A stretch of DNA of 64,000 bases from an uncultured Planctomycetaceae bacterium (GTDB taxonomy: Bacteria > Planctomycetota > UBA1135 > GCA-002686595): contig CAYXZD010000005.1 in assembly GCA_964469565.1 (NCBI GenBank), forward strand, positions 43,463 to 107,462. Reading direction: 5' to 3'. The notes beneath the pieces are model-generated. The model saw only the letters and a list, made by a program, of their open reading frames with translations, did not search any database and was not told the origin of the DNA. A program made the translations under genes and the position numbers. Every line of letters starts with the position of its first letter. The stretch's first letter is position 1. Below are positions 1 through 10,329 of this stretch, one piece after another.

Positions 1-1160
1 CACCTCCAGCATACCAGCCCGCATTTGGCGCGAAAGGTAGGCCAAGCTGCCGTAAGTCAAGGTGAGGACCGGCAGGATGGAGTGCATGACCACATCCCAT
101 CCATAGGCAAGACCTGAAAGGCTGTCGGCATCCTTGTCGTGCAAGCCCAGCACCGGAAGCCAGTCCAACCCAGTCTTGCCAAAGATGAGAATCATCATCA
201 ATCCGGCCCAGAATGTCGGAATGGAGTACAACACGAACAGGATTACCGTCAGACTCCCGTCGAGTTTGGTGCCCTGCTTGCGCACCGAGAAGATCCCCAA
301 GGGCAGCGCAATCAGATAGCTCAAGAGCACTGCGACCAAGGAAAGGGGAACGGTCACCTTCAGGCGCCTGATGAGTTCTTCGGCAACAGGAGTCTTGGCC
401 TGCATCTCATTGCCAAGGTCCCAACACAGGAGTCCACCCCAGGGGTTCTCTCCGGTGTTGACTACGCGTCGACCGCCGCCCTCTTCGTAATACCAGCGAA
501 ACCAGGCGCGTATGCGGGCACCCTCACCGAGTTGCTCCACCCGATTGGGGTGCAATTGCGGCACGTGGCCCGTCATGCCCTCAAGGACGGACCCGATCCG
601 CTGCACGGTCCTCCCGCGGTTCTCCGTCTCGAGCCGCAACTCATTCAAAGAGCTCATCAGGGCGGGCAAAGCCTCATCCTGCTTTGCCTGTAGGCGGCCG
701 GCGGCTGCAGCCCAAGCTTCATCGCCGGCGCCATCATCGAGCAGAATACTACGGAGCTCGTCCATCTCAGAGCGCTCACCCTCGGGCGTCGGGGGCAAGT
801 ATTCAATCAAGAGGGGCTTGCCCTCACGCACCACCGTCCCATTCTCTAGCTCGACTTCCTCAATCTTGCGCTCTCCGTAAGGCGAGGAAAACCAAGAGCA
901 ACCGTCCCGGGAGAAGTTGATCGGCCCGATGTAATCCAAGAACTGAATCACCGGGTTGCGGTCGAGTCCGTGCTTGATACGAAACGAGTCAATCTTCGAG
1001 GCCGTATCCGAGTCGGTGGCCATCTGCCCCCCCGACCCCATGCCCATCATGACCGTGGCCGGATCCCCCGGCGCAAGGTGATAGATCCCAAACACCACGG
1101 CAGCCACCCCAAAGGTGGTGGGGATCATCAAGAGCAAGCGGCGGAGAATAAACGCGAGCA
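1..1160 (-). CDS. ABC transporter permease, DppB/OppB family; the C-terminus runs off the window start
   Basis: Absent from the ORF track because it is open at the window edge. Manual reverse-complement translation from CAT at 1158-1160 gives MLAFILRRLLLMIPTTFGVAAVVFGIYHLAPGDP..., then ...CWDLGNEMQAKTPVAEELIRRLKVTVPLSLVAVLLSYLIALPLGIF.... These match the DppB/OppB N-terminus and the conserved loop before TM2. It lies directly downstream of a family-5 SBP gene on the same strand. Confidence 0.8.
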
Positions 1161-1308
1161 TGGGTTCTGGATCTGGGGCGTAGACGACAGTGCATGCAGC
1201 GCATCAGCGCTGCTGCGGGGCGGGTACCCTACAACACATTGCACCCAGAGCCCACCCCCGGAGGGTCTCTCCGGGGGGAAGCATCCAGGGTCCTCCGAAA
1301 TCGTAATC

Positions 1309-3390
1309 TCAGCGGTCGAGGGTCGCCCGGGTCTCTCCAGTCGCCTGCCACAAATGCCAACGCCGGATTACGTAGCCCGGATCAATCGCGAGGGTCTGAA
1401 AGCCCTTAAAGCGCCGGTTGAGGGCGAATTTCTGCGGCACGTTGTACATGAACAAGTACGGGTGGACGCTCTCGTACATGTAGGCGTGCATGTCACGCCA
1501 AATGCCCTGACGAGCGTCGAAATCCAGCTCGCGTTGTCCGGCCGCGATGAAAGCGTCAATCTTGGGGTCCTGCACCCCGGCATTGTTCGAACCGCGGGCA
1601 TCGTAGGCGCCCCACTTGGAATGCCACACCTGTTCGGGGTCGCTCTCAAGGGGTGGTACCCAAGCAAGGTTGCAGCCATCGAATTGCCGCGTCTTCATCT
1701 TCTCTAGAAATGTTGCCCATTCCATGGGCACGATGTTGACCTTGATCTCCAAGTCTCCCAGGGCTTCTTGCAGCTTGAGGCCGAAGTTTTTGGAGGCATC
1801 GTTACCCGATGGCATCAGGAAATCGATCTCCAGTTCGACGCCGTCCTTGTCCCGGATCCCGTTGCCATTGCGGTCGTACCACTCGGCCTCTTCGAGTAGG
1901 TCGATTGCACCATCAGGGTCAAAGGGCAGGGGTTTGACATCGTGATTGTAAGCCGCGGAGTTGTACGGGAAGGGGCCCGTAACCCTGCGGGCAAGGCCCT
2001 TGTAATTGGAAATACGATAGGCCTCGTAATCCATGGCCATGGAAATGGCCTTACGAACTGCGATGTCCTTCAGTTCCGGCTTGTAGAGATTCCATCCCGT
2101 ATAACCGTACGTGCCAAGGTATTTGTGGCCCTTGTAGTACTCGTTCTTGAAGTCTGGCCCCTCTGTTCGTGCACCAAAGTAATCAGCAGACTTAATGCGC
2201 TCGAAAAAATCTAGCTCACCATTGAGCAGGGCATTCATTGACGTCTCATCGTCATCGATGTACCGCCAGCGAATCGTATCGACGTACCCCGCATTATCGC
2301 GATCAAAATACAGGGCCTTACCGGCCTCGTCGGTGAAGCGTTCCGCTTGCACGTATTGCTGGGTCCACTGGGTGACGCGGTAGGGCCCCGTACCTACCCA
2401 CAACTGGTTGTGTGGGTTTTCATTGATGTGTTTTCCCTGCTGTTCGAGGGTCGCCGTAGGGTTGTACTCGGGATTGTCGGAGTCAGCGAGATTGTAGATG
2501 TGGCTGGGTAATACGGTCAGTGAATCCCCCACGGTGCCGATCGCGAAGGCGTACTGTTCTTCATAAATGAAACGTACCGTCAGATCGTCCACGGCCTCCC
2601 CAAAGGTGATTTTCTCAAACTGGAAGCGTTTCTCATCACAGTCCACCTTGGGATTCGAATAGATCGACCATGAAAAAAGGACATCGTGCGCGTCAAGGGT
2701 ATGCCCGTTGAGGGCGGCCGCAGCCTCAGGGTATTCTTGAGCGAAGACGAGGGAGGGGTGCCAGACCACATCGGAGCGTAGGTTGAAGGTGAATACCGTG
2801 CCACGCTCGATTCCCGCCACATCCGTCTTAGGGACCTCAACCGGGGCTCCCAGAGCACTGCCGCGTGAGACGGGAGTCACAACCCAATTCTCGCCCCCAT
2901 CGCTGACCTTGCCGTAGTACGCCCTCACGAGTTTTTGGGTGGCTTGACCTTCCGCCACCTCACCCTGACGCTTGACCTTGACTTCCATCGAACCAAGATC
3001 ATTGGCATGACTCTCGCGGGCTGCCTCGGTCAGGATCAAGAGGTCCTCGGTGACGAGTGACTCGGCCATGCGCGGGCGATAGTCATGCCACTCCCAATCT
3101 TGAATCATGAGAGTCTCATGCACCTCATACAGCAGGCGACGGGTCACGGCTGAGTTTTCCACTGGATAACAAATACTCTCGGGAAGGGATGCGAGGTGCA
3201 CGATGACCCGGCCACCAAAGAGAGGCTTAGCCTCCACCTCGCGGTCCGGATGGAACACATCGACGGGAGCCTCTCCGGGTCCAGCCACATCCACGCTGCC
3301 TCCCTCTTGGGCCATGGCCGGCACTAAGCACCCAATAAGGGTCAGGAGACTCAGGGCATGGCGGAGAGTGGAATGGGGGAGAGTCATCAT
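1309..3390 (-). CDS. ABC transporter substrate-binding protein, family 5 (peptide/nickel/opine type), unusually large
   Basis: ORF 1309..3498. I prefer the start at MMTLPHSTLRHALSLLTLIGCLVPAMAQ (signal peptide; CATCAT at 3385-3390). SBP_bac_5-like architecture throughout (e.g. GTGPYRVTQW, WRYIDDDETSMNALLNGELDF, PFDPDGAIDLLEEAEW). Adjacent to an Opp/Dpp-type permease. Confidence 0.85.
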   Translation of the reverse strand: MMTLPHSTLRHALSLLTLIGCLVPAMAQEGGSVDVAGPGEAPVDVFHPDREVEAKPLFGGRVIVHLASLPESICYPVENSAVTRRLLYEVHETLMIQDWEWHDYRPRMAESLVTEDLLILTEAARESHANDLGSMEVKVKRQGEVAEGQATQKLVRAYYGKVSDGGENWVVTPVSRGSALGAPVEVPKTDVAGIERGTVFTFNLRSDVVWHPSLVFAQEYPEAAAALNGHTLDAHDVLFSWSIYSNPKVDCDEKRFQFEKITFGEAVDDLTVRFIYEEQYAFAIGTVGDSLTVLPSHIYNLADSDNPEYNPTATLEQQGKHINENPHNQLWVGTGPYRVTQWTQQYVQAERFTDEAGKALYFDRDNAGYVDTIRWRYIDDDETSMNALLNGELDFFERIKSADYFGARTEGPDFKNEYYKGHKYLGTYGYTGWNLYKPELKDIAVRKAISMAMDYEAYRISNYKGLARRVTGPFPYNSAAYNHDVKPLPFDPDGAIDLLEEAEWYDRNGNGIRDKDGVELEIDFLMPSGNDASKNFGLKLQEALGDLEIKVNIVPMEWATFLEKMKTRQFDGCNLAWVPPLESDPEQVWHSKWGAYDARGSNNAGVQDPKIDAFIAAGQRELDFDARQGIWRDMHAYMYESVHPYLFMYNVPQKFALNRRFKGFQTLAIDPGYVIRRWHLWQATGETRATLDR

Positions 3391-3573
3391 TAGGTGTGGG
3401 GGTGCAGAGGGGGGATATCGAGGCCATGGGCCGTGAAGGCCTGAGCCGGATCTCCAAGAATAGTACGGCGGGCTACTATTGTCGGCCACAGCCCCCAATC
3501 GTCAAGGCACAGACCGTATCCACCGGCGGCGCTCCCTTGCGAGGCATGCCTCCTCAACGGTAGGCTTCCTCCC

Positions 3574-5334
3574 ATGCCAAGACTCAGCGGTGCGCGCCTC
3601 CAACGCCAAGGCCTTGCCACCGTCCTCCTCGTAGGACTCTTGGCAGGTGGGGTCGCCCTCGTAAGCGGCGCCCGGCTGACCCCCGCGGACTTTACCTTCA
3701 ATAACGGGACTGAAGTGACCACCCTCGACCCCGCCACGGTCACGGGCGTCCCCGAAGGCAGGGTCTTGAGAGCCATCTTCGAGGGTCTAGTCGTCAAACA
3801 CCCGAAGACCCTCGCCCCTGAGCCTGGTATGGCCGAAAGCTGGGAGGTCTCCCCAGATGGCCTCACGTATACGTTTCACATCCGTGACGACGCCCTGTGG
3901 AGCAATGGAGACCCTGTCACGGCTGCGGACTTCCACTATTCATTTGAGCGGTTTTTGAACCCCAAGACCGCTGCGTACTATGCCTATCAGCTTTGGTACG
4001 TACGTGGTGCCAAAGCCTACACCACCGAGATCAGCCCCCTCGGTGAACCCCTCAATGATTTTTCCAGCGTGGGTATTTCCGTACTCGACCCCCTCACCCT
4101 GCAGGTCGAACTCCAATCCCCCACTCCGTTTTTCCTGGACTTGATGGGGTTCTATCCGCTCTTCCCGGTCAGCCGCAAAAACATTGAGTCCGCCCAGGCT
4201 CGCTGGCCCGACTCCTGGGAGATTCGCTGGCTTCGGCCGGAGAACATCGTCACGAACGGGCCCTACCGCGTCCTGCACCGCCGCGTGAATGACCGCATCC
4301 GTTTGGTGAAGAACGAAACGTACTGGGACGCGGACAACGTAGCCTTTGAGACCATCGACGTACTCGCCATCGAGCAGGATGCGACCATGCTCAACGTATA
4401 CCTGACAGGCGGGGCGGACTCCATCGACCGTGTCAATACCAACGTGGTCAAGGAGATGATGGCGAGAGAGGACTTCACCCCTGTGCCGTATCTCGGCACC
4501 TACTTCTACCGGGTCAACACGACCAAGCCCCCCTATGATGATGTACGCGTGCGCGAGGCCCTCTCCCTCACAATCCCGCGCGCCCAAATTGCAGACGACA
4601 TCATGAAAATGGGGCAGGTGCCCGCCTATGGGCTCGTGCCACCCGGCCTGCCCGGGTACCAGGGTGCCGAATGCCGCCAAGAGGATTCCCAGCGAGCCCA
4701 GGCCCTCCTGGCAGAAGCTGGCTACCCCGACGGGGAGGGCTTCCCACCCATCGAGATCCACTACAACACCTCGGAGGCCCACGGCCAAATCGCCCAGGTG
4801 ATCGCCTTGGCTTGGCAGCGCGAACTCGGCATCCGTGCCAAGCTGAGGAATGAAGAGTGGAAGGTTTACCTCGACACTCAAAACACTCTGCGCTTCGATG
4901 TTTCCCGCTCCGCATGGATTGGGGATTACACGGATCCCAACACCTTCTCTGACATGTTTGTCACCGGTGGCGAAAACAACAAGACCGGCTGGGGCAACGC
5001 CGAGTACGACCGTCTCATCGCCCTTGCAGCGGCCACCGTCGATGTTGACGAACGACTCGCTCACCTGCGTGCAGCGGAGGCCATCCTCGTGGCTGAATTG
5101 CCCATCCTGCCCATCTACTACTACGTAACGCAGAACGCCGTAGCGCCACGCCTCGGAGGATTCTTCGAAAACATCCAAGACGAGCACTTTCCCAAGCACT
5201 GGTACTGGATGGATGATGATGAATTGGCTGCGAAGCGGGCGCGCTACACCGACGACGTGGAAATCGTTGATCCCCATGGACCAGCGGAGGGACTCTATTC
5301 CCCTGCCGAGCAACGAAGGAGGTCCGCGAGGTGA
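3574..5334 (+). CDS. ABC transporter substrate-binding protein, family 5 (OppA/DppA-like)
   Basis: 586 aa with an N-terminal signal-like segment. Motifs include TFNNGTEVTTLDPA, WSNGDPVTAADFHYSFER, TNGPYRV and AQALLAEAGYPDGEGFP. First gene of a 5-gene opp/dpp operon. Confidence 0.9.
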   Translation: MPRLSGARLQRQGLATVLLVGLLAGGVALVSGARLTPADFTFNNGTEVTTLDPATVTGVPEGRVLRAIFEGLVVKHPKTLAPEPGMAESWEVSPDGLTYTFHIRDDALWSNGDPVTAADFHYSFERFLNPKTAAYYAYQLWYVRGAKAYTTEISPLGEPLNDFSSVGISVLDPLTLQVELQSPTPFFLDLMGFYPLFPVSRKNIESAQARWPDSWEIRWLRPENIVTNGPYRVLHRRVNDRIRLVKNETYWDADNVAFETIDVLAIEQDATMLNVYLTGGADSIDRVNTNVVKEMMAREDFTPVPYLGTYFYRVNTTKPPYDDVRVREALSLTIPRAQIADDIMKMGQVPAYGLVPPGLPGYQGAECRQEDSQRAQALLAEAGYPDGEGFPPIEIHYNTSEAHGQIAQVIALAWQRELGIRAKLRNEEWKVYLDTQNTLRFDVSRSAWIGDYTDPNTFSDMFVTGGENNKTGWGNAEYDRLIALAAATVDVDERLAHLRAAEAILVAELPILPIYYYVTQNAVAPRLGGFFENIQDEHFPKHWYWMDDDELAAKRARYTDDVEIVDPHGPAEGLYSPAEQRRRSAR

Positions 5335-6323
5335 CGCGTTTTTTACTGCGGCGCCTGCTGTGGTTCGCCATCACGATGTTTGTCGTGATGAGCGTTTCCT
5401 TTGTTCTAATGCGATCCGTGAAAGGCGGCCCCTTCGACCAGGATCGCAACGTTGAACCCGCCATCGAGCTGAACCTCAAGCGCAAGTACCACCTCGACTG
5501 GCCCATGTGGAAGCAGTTCCTGCACTACGTGGGGCCGCTCAATCTAGACGAACGCGGCTTGTTTGGGGCGGGTGAAGCTGCGGGCACCAAGCGTTTCGGG
5601 GGCGTACTTTCCGGGGACTTCGGCCCCTCATTCCGCTATCGCGACTACACCGTCAATGACATCATTGGCCAGTCCCTTCCCATTTCAGCCCTGCTGGGAA
5701 TGGTCGCCATGATGTGGGCCTTGGCCCTGGGCGTTTCCACTGGGATTGCCTCGGCCTTGCGGCGCGGAAGCGGTCTCGACCTCGCACTGCGCCTCGCTGC
5801 GACGGGTGGGATTGCCCTGCCCAATTTCGTCATTGCAGGCTTTTTGATTATCTGCTTCGTGTTCCTCATTCCCCTGTTTCCTGTGGCGGGCTGGGGTTCG
5901 ATTCGCACGATGATCCTGCCAGGTTTTTGCCTCGGCTTGGTCTACGCGGCTTACATTTCGCGACTCACTCGCACGGGAATGTTAGAAGCCCTGTCCCAGG
6001 AGCACATTCGCACAGCCCACGCCAAGGGACTGAGCCCGGGGACCGTCATCATGCGCCACGCACTGAAGGGTGGTCTCTTGCCCGTCGTCAGCTACCTCGG
6101 ACCCGCTACTGCAGGCATCCTCACGGGCAGCCTCGTGATTGAGCGCATTTTCTTTATTCCTGGCACTGGGTCGCACTTCGTCAATAGCGCCATCAATCGC
6201 GATTACACCCTCGCGATGGGTGTGACCATCCTCTACACGGTCCTCGTGTACACGCTCAACCTCGTCGTTGATCTCGCCTACACCCTGCTCGATCCGCGCA
6301 TTTCCCTGGAGGACGAGTCGTGA
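5331..6323 (+). CDS. Oligopeptide/dipeptide ABC transporter permease (OppB/DppB type)
   Basis: MTRFLLRRLLWFAITMFVVMSVSFVLM..., SGDFGPSFRYRD..., EHIRTAHAKGLS (EAA-loop region). Overlaps the upstream SBP gene by 4 nt. Confidence 0.92.
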   Translation: MTRFLLRRLLWFAITMFVVMSVSFVLMRSVKGGPFDQDRNVEPAIELNLKRKYHLDWPMWKQFLHYVGPLNLDERGLFGAGEAAGTKRFGGVLSGDFGPSFRYRDYTVNDIIGQSLPISALLGMVAMMWALALGVSTGIASALRRGSGLDLALRLAATGGIALPNFVIAGFLIICFVFLIPLFPVAGWGSIRTMILPGFCLGLVYAAYISRLTRTGMLEALSQEHIRTAHAKGLSPGTVIMRHALKGGLLPVVSYLGPATAGILTGSLVIERIFFIPGTGSHFVNSAINRDYTLAMGVTILYTVLVYTLNLVVDLAYTLLDPRISLEDES

Positions 6324-7465
6324 CATCCACCTCATCGAAGAGCCCAGAATCCGTGCCCGATTCAGGATGGGACCTCGGCTCAAGAGACATGTCCGAGCTC
6401 TTGGCGGAAGCCAAGGCCAGCAAAGGTATGAGCCTCTGGACAGATGCCTGGCGACGCCTCAAGCGCAACAAACCAGCCTATGGTTCGCTGGTTTTCCTCG
6501 CGGGATTCATGCTGCTCTCCGTCCTCGCCCCGCTCCTGCCCTTGCGTTCACCCGTGGTGACGCACACATCCATGGGCGCAGCAGCACCGATCCTCCAGTT
6601 CGGTGACCACGATTTCCTCGCTGATGTCCCCGACGAGTCGGAGATCAGTACGCGCAACATCCAGGACGTCTACTGGGAGCTCTCGGGTCTCGACGAGAGT
6701 CTCGTGCGCATGCGCATGGGCATTTTCGGTCGCTGGCAGACCGGACACTGGATGGGTACGGATCACCTCGGCCGCGACATGCTCTCGCGCCTCGTCTGGG
6801 GATCACGCACTTCCATTCTCGTGGCGCTGGCAGCCACCCTCTGCAGCCTTCTAATCGGCGTGGTCTATGGTGCTTTCTCAGGCCTAGCGGGGGGCCGCAT
6901 CGACAACCTCATGATGCGGATCGTGGATGTTCTCTATTCAATCCCTTTCATCTTCGTGGTCATCTTCCTCATCACCCTCATTGGTGATTACCGCATGGTG
7001 TTGGAGGAGAAATTCGGGCTCGACCGCGAAAAGGTGTTCTACCTCGTCATTGGTGCCATCTACTGGCTCACCATGGCGCGCGTCGTACGCGGCCAAGTGC
7101 TCTCCCTCAAGAATTCGGAGTTCATTGAAGCCTCGCGCGTCCTAGGTGCATCCACTGCACGCATTCTCTTCAATCATATCGTTCCCAACGTGCTCTCCAT
7201 CGTGGTGGTCTATCTCACTCTGACCATCCCATCGGTCATGCTGTTCGAGTCGTTCCTCTCTTTCCTAGGCCTGGGCATCGAACCACCCAAAGTGTCGTGG
7301 GGCACGATCGCTGTGGAAGCCACGTCAGCCATCAATCCCCTGCGCCTGTTTTGGTGGATGGTGGTCTTTCTAGCCTTAGCCATGGGCTCCGCCTTGCTGG
7401 CACTCAATATCCTTGGGGATGGTCTGCGAGATGCGCTCGACCCACGCATGCGGGGGAAAGACTAA
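6320..7465 (+). CDS. Oligopeptide/dipeptide ABC transporter permease (OppC/DppC type) with an extended N-terminal/periplasmic region
   Basis: MGTDHLGRDMLSRLVWGSRTSI..., SEFIEASRVLGAS.... Overlaps the previous gene by 4 nt, and its stop overlaps the next start (TAATG at 7463-7467). Confidence 0.9.
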   Translation: MTSTSSKSPESVPDSGWDLGSRDMSELLAEAKASKGMSLWTDAWRRLKRNKPAYGSLVFLAGFMLLSVLAPLLPLRSPVVTHTSMGAAAPILQFGDHDFLADVPDESEISTRNIQDVYWELSGLDESLVRMRMGIFGRWQTGHWMGTDHLGRDMLSRLVWGSRTSILVALAATLCSLLIGVVYGAFSGLAGGRIDNLMMRIVDVLYSIPFIFVVIFLITLIGDYRMVLEEKFGLDREKVFYLVIGAIYWLTMARVVRGQVLSLKNSEFIEASRVLGASTARILFNHIVPNVLSIVVVYLTLTIPSVMLFESFLSFLGLGIEPPKVSWGTIAVEATSAINPLRLFWWMVVFLALAMGSALLALNILGDGLRDALDPRMRGKD

Positions 7466-8487
7466 TGGCCTTGCTCGATGTTGCCGACCTGCGTGTTCAA
7501 TTCCACACCCACTTGGGAACGGTGCGGGCGGTCGATGGAGTTAGCTTCTACCTAGAAGAGGGCGAGACGCTCGGCTTGGTAGGAGAATCTGGCTCTGGAA
7601 AATCGGTCACCAACCTTGGGCTGATGGGGCTTGTCCCGAATCCGCCGGGTGTGGTCGAAGCGGGCCACGTCCTGTTCGGCGGCCGGGATCTCGTTCAATT
7701 GAGTGACAAACAGCTGCGGTCCATCCGCGGAAACGAGATCTCCATGATCTTTCAAGATCCGATGACATCGCTCAATCCTCTCCTCACCATTGAGAGGCAG
7801 TTGACGGAAGTTCTCGAATTGCATCGCAACATGACGCGCAAGGAAGCTCGGCGCCGAGCGGCTCAGGGGCTCGATGAAGTAGGCATCCCTGAACCCGAGC
7901 GGCGGCTTGATCAATACCCACACGAGCTTTCCGGCGGGATGCGCCAGCGAGTCATGATCGCAATGGGCCTGCTGTGTGAACCCAAACTCCTTCTTGCCGA
8001 CGAGCCCACCACGGCCCTCGATGTGACCATCCAAGCTCAGATCCTAGAACTCATGAAGGACCTGCAAGAACGACGGGGCACCGCGATCATTCTAGTCACC
8101 CATGACCTTGGAGTGGTGGCGGGCATGGCTGACCGGGTCAACGTGATGTACGCTGGCCGTTTGGTGGAAACTGGCCCGACCGGGGCCATGTTCAAGCACC
8201 CCGCACATCCCTACACGCGGGGCCTCCTTCGCAGCGTGCCACGGTTGGGCACAGACACAAGCGAGGCTCTCGAGTCTATTCCCGGACAACCGCCCGATCT
8301 AGCCCACATGCCTACCGGGTGTGCCTTCGCACCACGTTGCCCATTTGTAGCCGACCACTGCCGCCAGGACACGCCCGCACTTCAGCTCCTCCGCACCGCA
8401 GGGAGCCAAACGGCACCGCGAGAAAGCGCCTGCCTCGAGAGCGAACACCTGCCGGCCTACGAGGCCTCACCGGAGGTCTCCCCGTGA
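7465..8487 (+). CDS. Oligopeptide/dipeptide ABC transporter ATP-binding protein (OppD/DppD type)
   Basis: Start taken at [13 protein letters not shown] (ATG 7465). Walker A GESGSGKS, signature LSGGMRQR, Walker [14 protein letters not shown]-terminal oligo_HPY motif [11 protein letters not shown]. Confidence 0.92.
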   Translation: MALLDVADLRVQFHTHLGTVRAVDGVSFYLEEGETLGLVGESGSGKSVTNLGLMGLVPNPPGVVEAGHVLFGGRDLVQLSDKQLRSIRGNEISMIFQDPMTSLNPLLTIERQLTEVLELHRNMTRKEARRRAAQGLDEVGIPEPERRLDQYPHELSGGMRQRVMIAMGLLCEPKLLLADEPTTALDVTIQAQILELMKDLQERRGTAIILVTHDLGVVAGMADRVNVMYAGRLVETGPTGAMFKHPAHPYTRGLLRSVPRLGTDTSEALESIPGQPPDLAHMPTGCAFAPRCPFVADHCRQDTPALQLLRTAGSQTAPRESACLESEHLPAYEASPEVSP

Positions 8488-9479
8488 GTGCTCCCCTGCT
8501 CGAAGTCCGTGACCTGTGTAAGCACTTTCCCGTTGGCAAGCGCAGTTGGAGCGGCGCCCCACAGGAATGGCTCAAGGCCGTGGATGGAGTTTCTTTTCAA
8601 TTGCAGCGCGGGGAGACCCTCGGCCTCGTAGGCGAATCGGGTTGCGGGAAATCTACCTGTGCGCGAGCTGTTGTGGGCCTGCATCCTGCCACATCAGGCA
8701 GTGTCCACTATGAGGGCACTAACCTGACAAATCTCACTCCGCGGCAGTGGGCCCCCTTCAGGCGCGAAATCCAGATGATTTTCCAGGATCCATTCGCTTC
8801 CCTCGATCCGCGCCAGACGGTCGGGTCCATCTTGACTGAACCCATGGCCATCCACTCCATGGGGAAGCCGCGCGAACGCCGCCTGCGGGCCATGCAATTG
8901 CTCGATGCGGTGGGACTCAATCCCCGGCACCTGTACCACTACCCCCACGAGTTTTCCGGAGGTCAACGGCAACGCATCGGGATCGCCCGCGCCCTAGCCC
9001 TCGAACCCAAGGTCATTGTGTGCGACGAGCCGGTCTCCGCACTGGATGTTTCCATCCAAGCTCAGGTCATCAATCTATTGCAGGAACTGCAAGAGCGTTT
9101 CAACCTCGCCTACCTGTTCATCGCCCACGATCTTGCTGTCGTGCGCCACATCTGCAATCGCGTGGCGGTCATGTACCTCGGCCGTATCGTGGAAATCGCC
9201 GAGCGTGACACCCTTTTTGCGCACCCCAGCCATCCCTATACGCGAGCACTCCTCTCTGCCGTCCCCAGTCCCGACCCTGAACTGGAGCGCAAGCGCGAGC
9301 GCATCGTCCTCGCGGGGGATGTACCCTCGCCTCTCAACCCGCCCAGCGGTTGTACGTTCCATCCACGCTGCCCTGAGCGTGAGGATGTGGCCGAGGAGTT
9401 GTGTGAACAACAAGCCCCGTGCTTGCTGCCCATCGGGTCCGGGGAAACCCTGCGGTCCTGCCACCTCGATAACGGGTGA
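8484..9479 (+). CDS. Oligopeptide/dipeptide ABC transporter ATP-binding protein (OppF/DppF type)
   Basis: In-frame GTG at 8484 overlaps the oppD-like stop (GTGA) and gives [15 protein letters not shown]. Walker [50 protein letters not shown]. Confidence 0.9.
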   Translation: MSAPLLEVRDLCKHFPVGKRSWSGAPQEWLKAVDGVSFQLQRGETLGLVGESGCGKSTCARAVVGLHPATSGSVHYEGTNLTNLTPRQWAPFRREIQMIFQDPFASLDPRQTVGSILTEPMAIHSMGKPRERRLRAMQLLDAVGLNPRHLYHYPHEFSGGQRQRIGIARALALEPKVIVCDEPVSALDVSIQAQVINLLQELQERFNLAYLFIAHDLAVVRHICNRVAVMYLGRIVEIAERDTLFAHPSHPYTRALLSAVPSPDPELERKRERIVLAGDVPSPLNPPSGCTFHPRCPEREDVAEELCEQQAPCLLPIGSGETLRSCHLDNG

Positions 9480-9663
9480 AAACGGCCCCCGCTCATTCGC
9501 ACATCTGCGAAGAACCGTAGGGAACATATCTCTGAGCGGTCAACTCAGGCGATTGACCGGATAGGTTTGGACATTATGGGTAACTCTACGGCCATCTGAT
9601 CGTAGACCTCTGAAACTCTTGGGAGCTGGCAGGCACCCCAGAAGTTTGGAGGATTGCCTCGAG

Positions 9664-9696
9664 GGCGCACCGGGCACTTGCTCGGTGCGCCTTTTT
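9664..9696 (+). terminator. Rho-independent terminator-like hairpin
   Basis: Perfect 9-bp stem GGCGCACCG (9664-9672) / CGGTGCGCC (9683-9691) with a 10-nt loop, followed by TTTTT (9692-9696). It lies about 185 nt downstream of the oppF-like stop. Confidence 0.6.
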
Positions 9697-9784
9697 GTCG
9701 CCCAACGTGAGGGCCGGCTTTCCCTGACCAGGATGACCCTCACCAGCCGTTGGACCCACTCGGCCACGGCTGGGAGGGTGTGCG

Positions 9785-10153
9785 CTACTCCATGCAGGCA
9801 GCCCCGAGGGCCACGGCACACAGTCCCAAGAACAGGTGGAGTCCAACGTGAAGCAATGCCCGTCCAGTCATAGCCTCAGTCCACAGGGCGAGAGTCTCAT
9901 GTCCAAAGGTGGAAAACGTCGTGAATGATCCCAGCAGACCCACGACCCAAAAAACGCGGGCGTTTTCCGATAGGGCTGGTTGGTCGCGGGTCAAGCCCAG
10001 CACAGCACCGATGGCCAAGCACCCCAGGACGTTCACACCCAGAGTGCCATAGGGGTAGCCCGCGGGCAGGCATCGAGTGGCGGCAGTCGAGAGTCCATAT
10101 CGCAACGCCGCCCCCACGAATCCACCCATCCCAGCAATCCAAACAAGGCCCAT
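9785..10153 (-). CDS. crcB: Fluoride ion channel CrcB/FEX family
   Basis: Start preferred at MGLVWIAGMGGFVGAALRYGLS (CAT 10151-10153). GTLGVNVLGCLAIG and SFTTFSTF are hallmark CrcB motifs. About 123 aa, a typical size. Confidence 0.88.
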   Translation of the reverse strand: MGLVWIAGMGGFVGAALRYGLSTAATRCLPAGYPYGTLGVNVLGCLAIGAVLGLTRDQPALSENARVFWVVGLLGSFTTFSTFGHETLALWTEAMTGRALLHVGLHLFLGLCAVALGAACME

Positions 10154-10286
10154 GGGGAAACGGTACAGACCCAAGCGGGTGTGACACAACGGGGAACTAG
10201 GCCCCCTCCCACCCCGAGCCACCGCGAAAGATGGCCCCGGTCACGCAAGTTCTGGACAGCCCGACTCATCCAGCCGGTACGGCCCC

Positions 10287-10329
10287 TAAAAAAGAACCGG
10301 GGGAGGTGCTGGTCCGCACCCTCCCCCGG
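10287..10329 (-). terminator. Intrinsic-terminator-like hairpin inside the crcB upstream / divergent intergenic region
   Basis: On the minus strand, a 13-bp GC-rich stem with one bulge (plus-strand 10297-10309 pairs with 10316-10329) and a 6-nt loop. It is followed on the minus strand by TTCTTTTTTA (plus-strand taaaaaagaa, 10287-10296). Confidence 0.5.

Noticed and set aside
3940-5313. 457-aa minus-strand ORF antisense to the OppA-like SBP gene. Similar long antisense or alternate-frame ORFs occur at 24084-24833, 7552-8034, 19101-19571, 40056-40760, 23870-24577, 17030-17512 and 34893-35427.
   Set aside because: They are mirror ORFs, typical of GC-rich DNA. Their translations are low-complexity (Arg/Gly/Pro/Val-rich) with no motifs. 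Each lies fully inside a gene whose product has strong family signatures on the other strand or frame.
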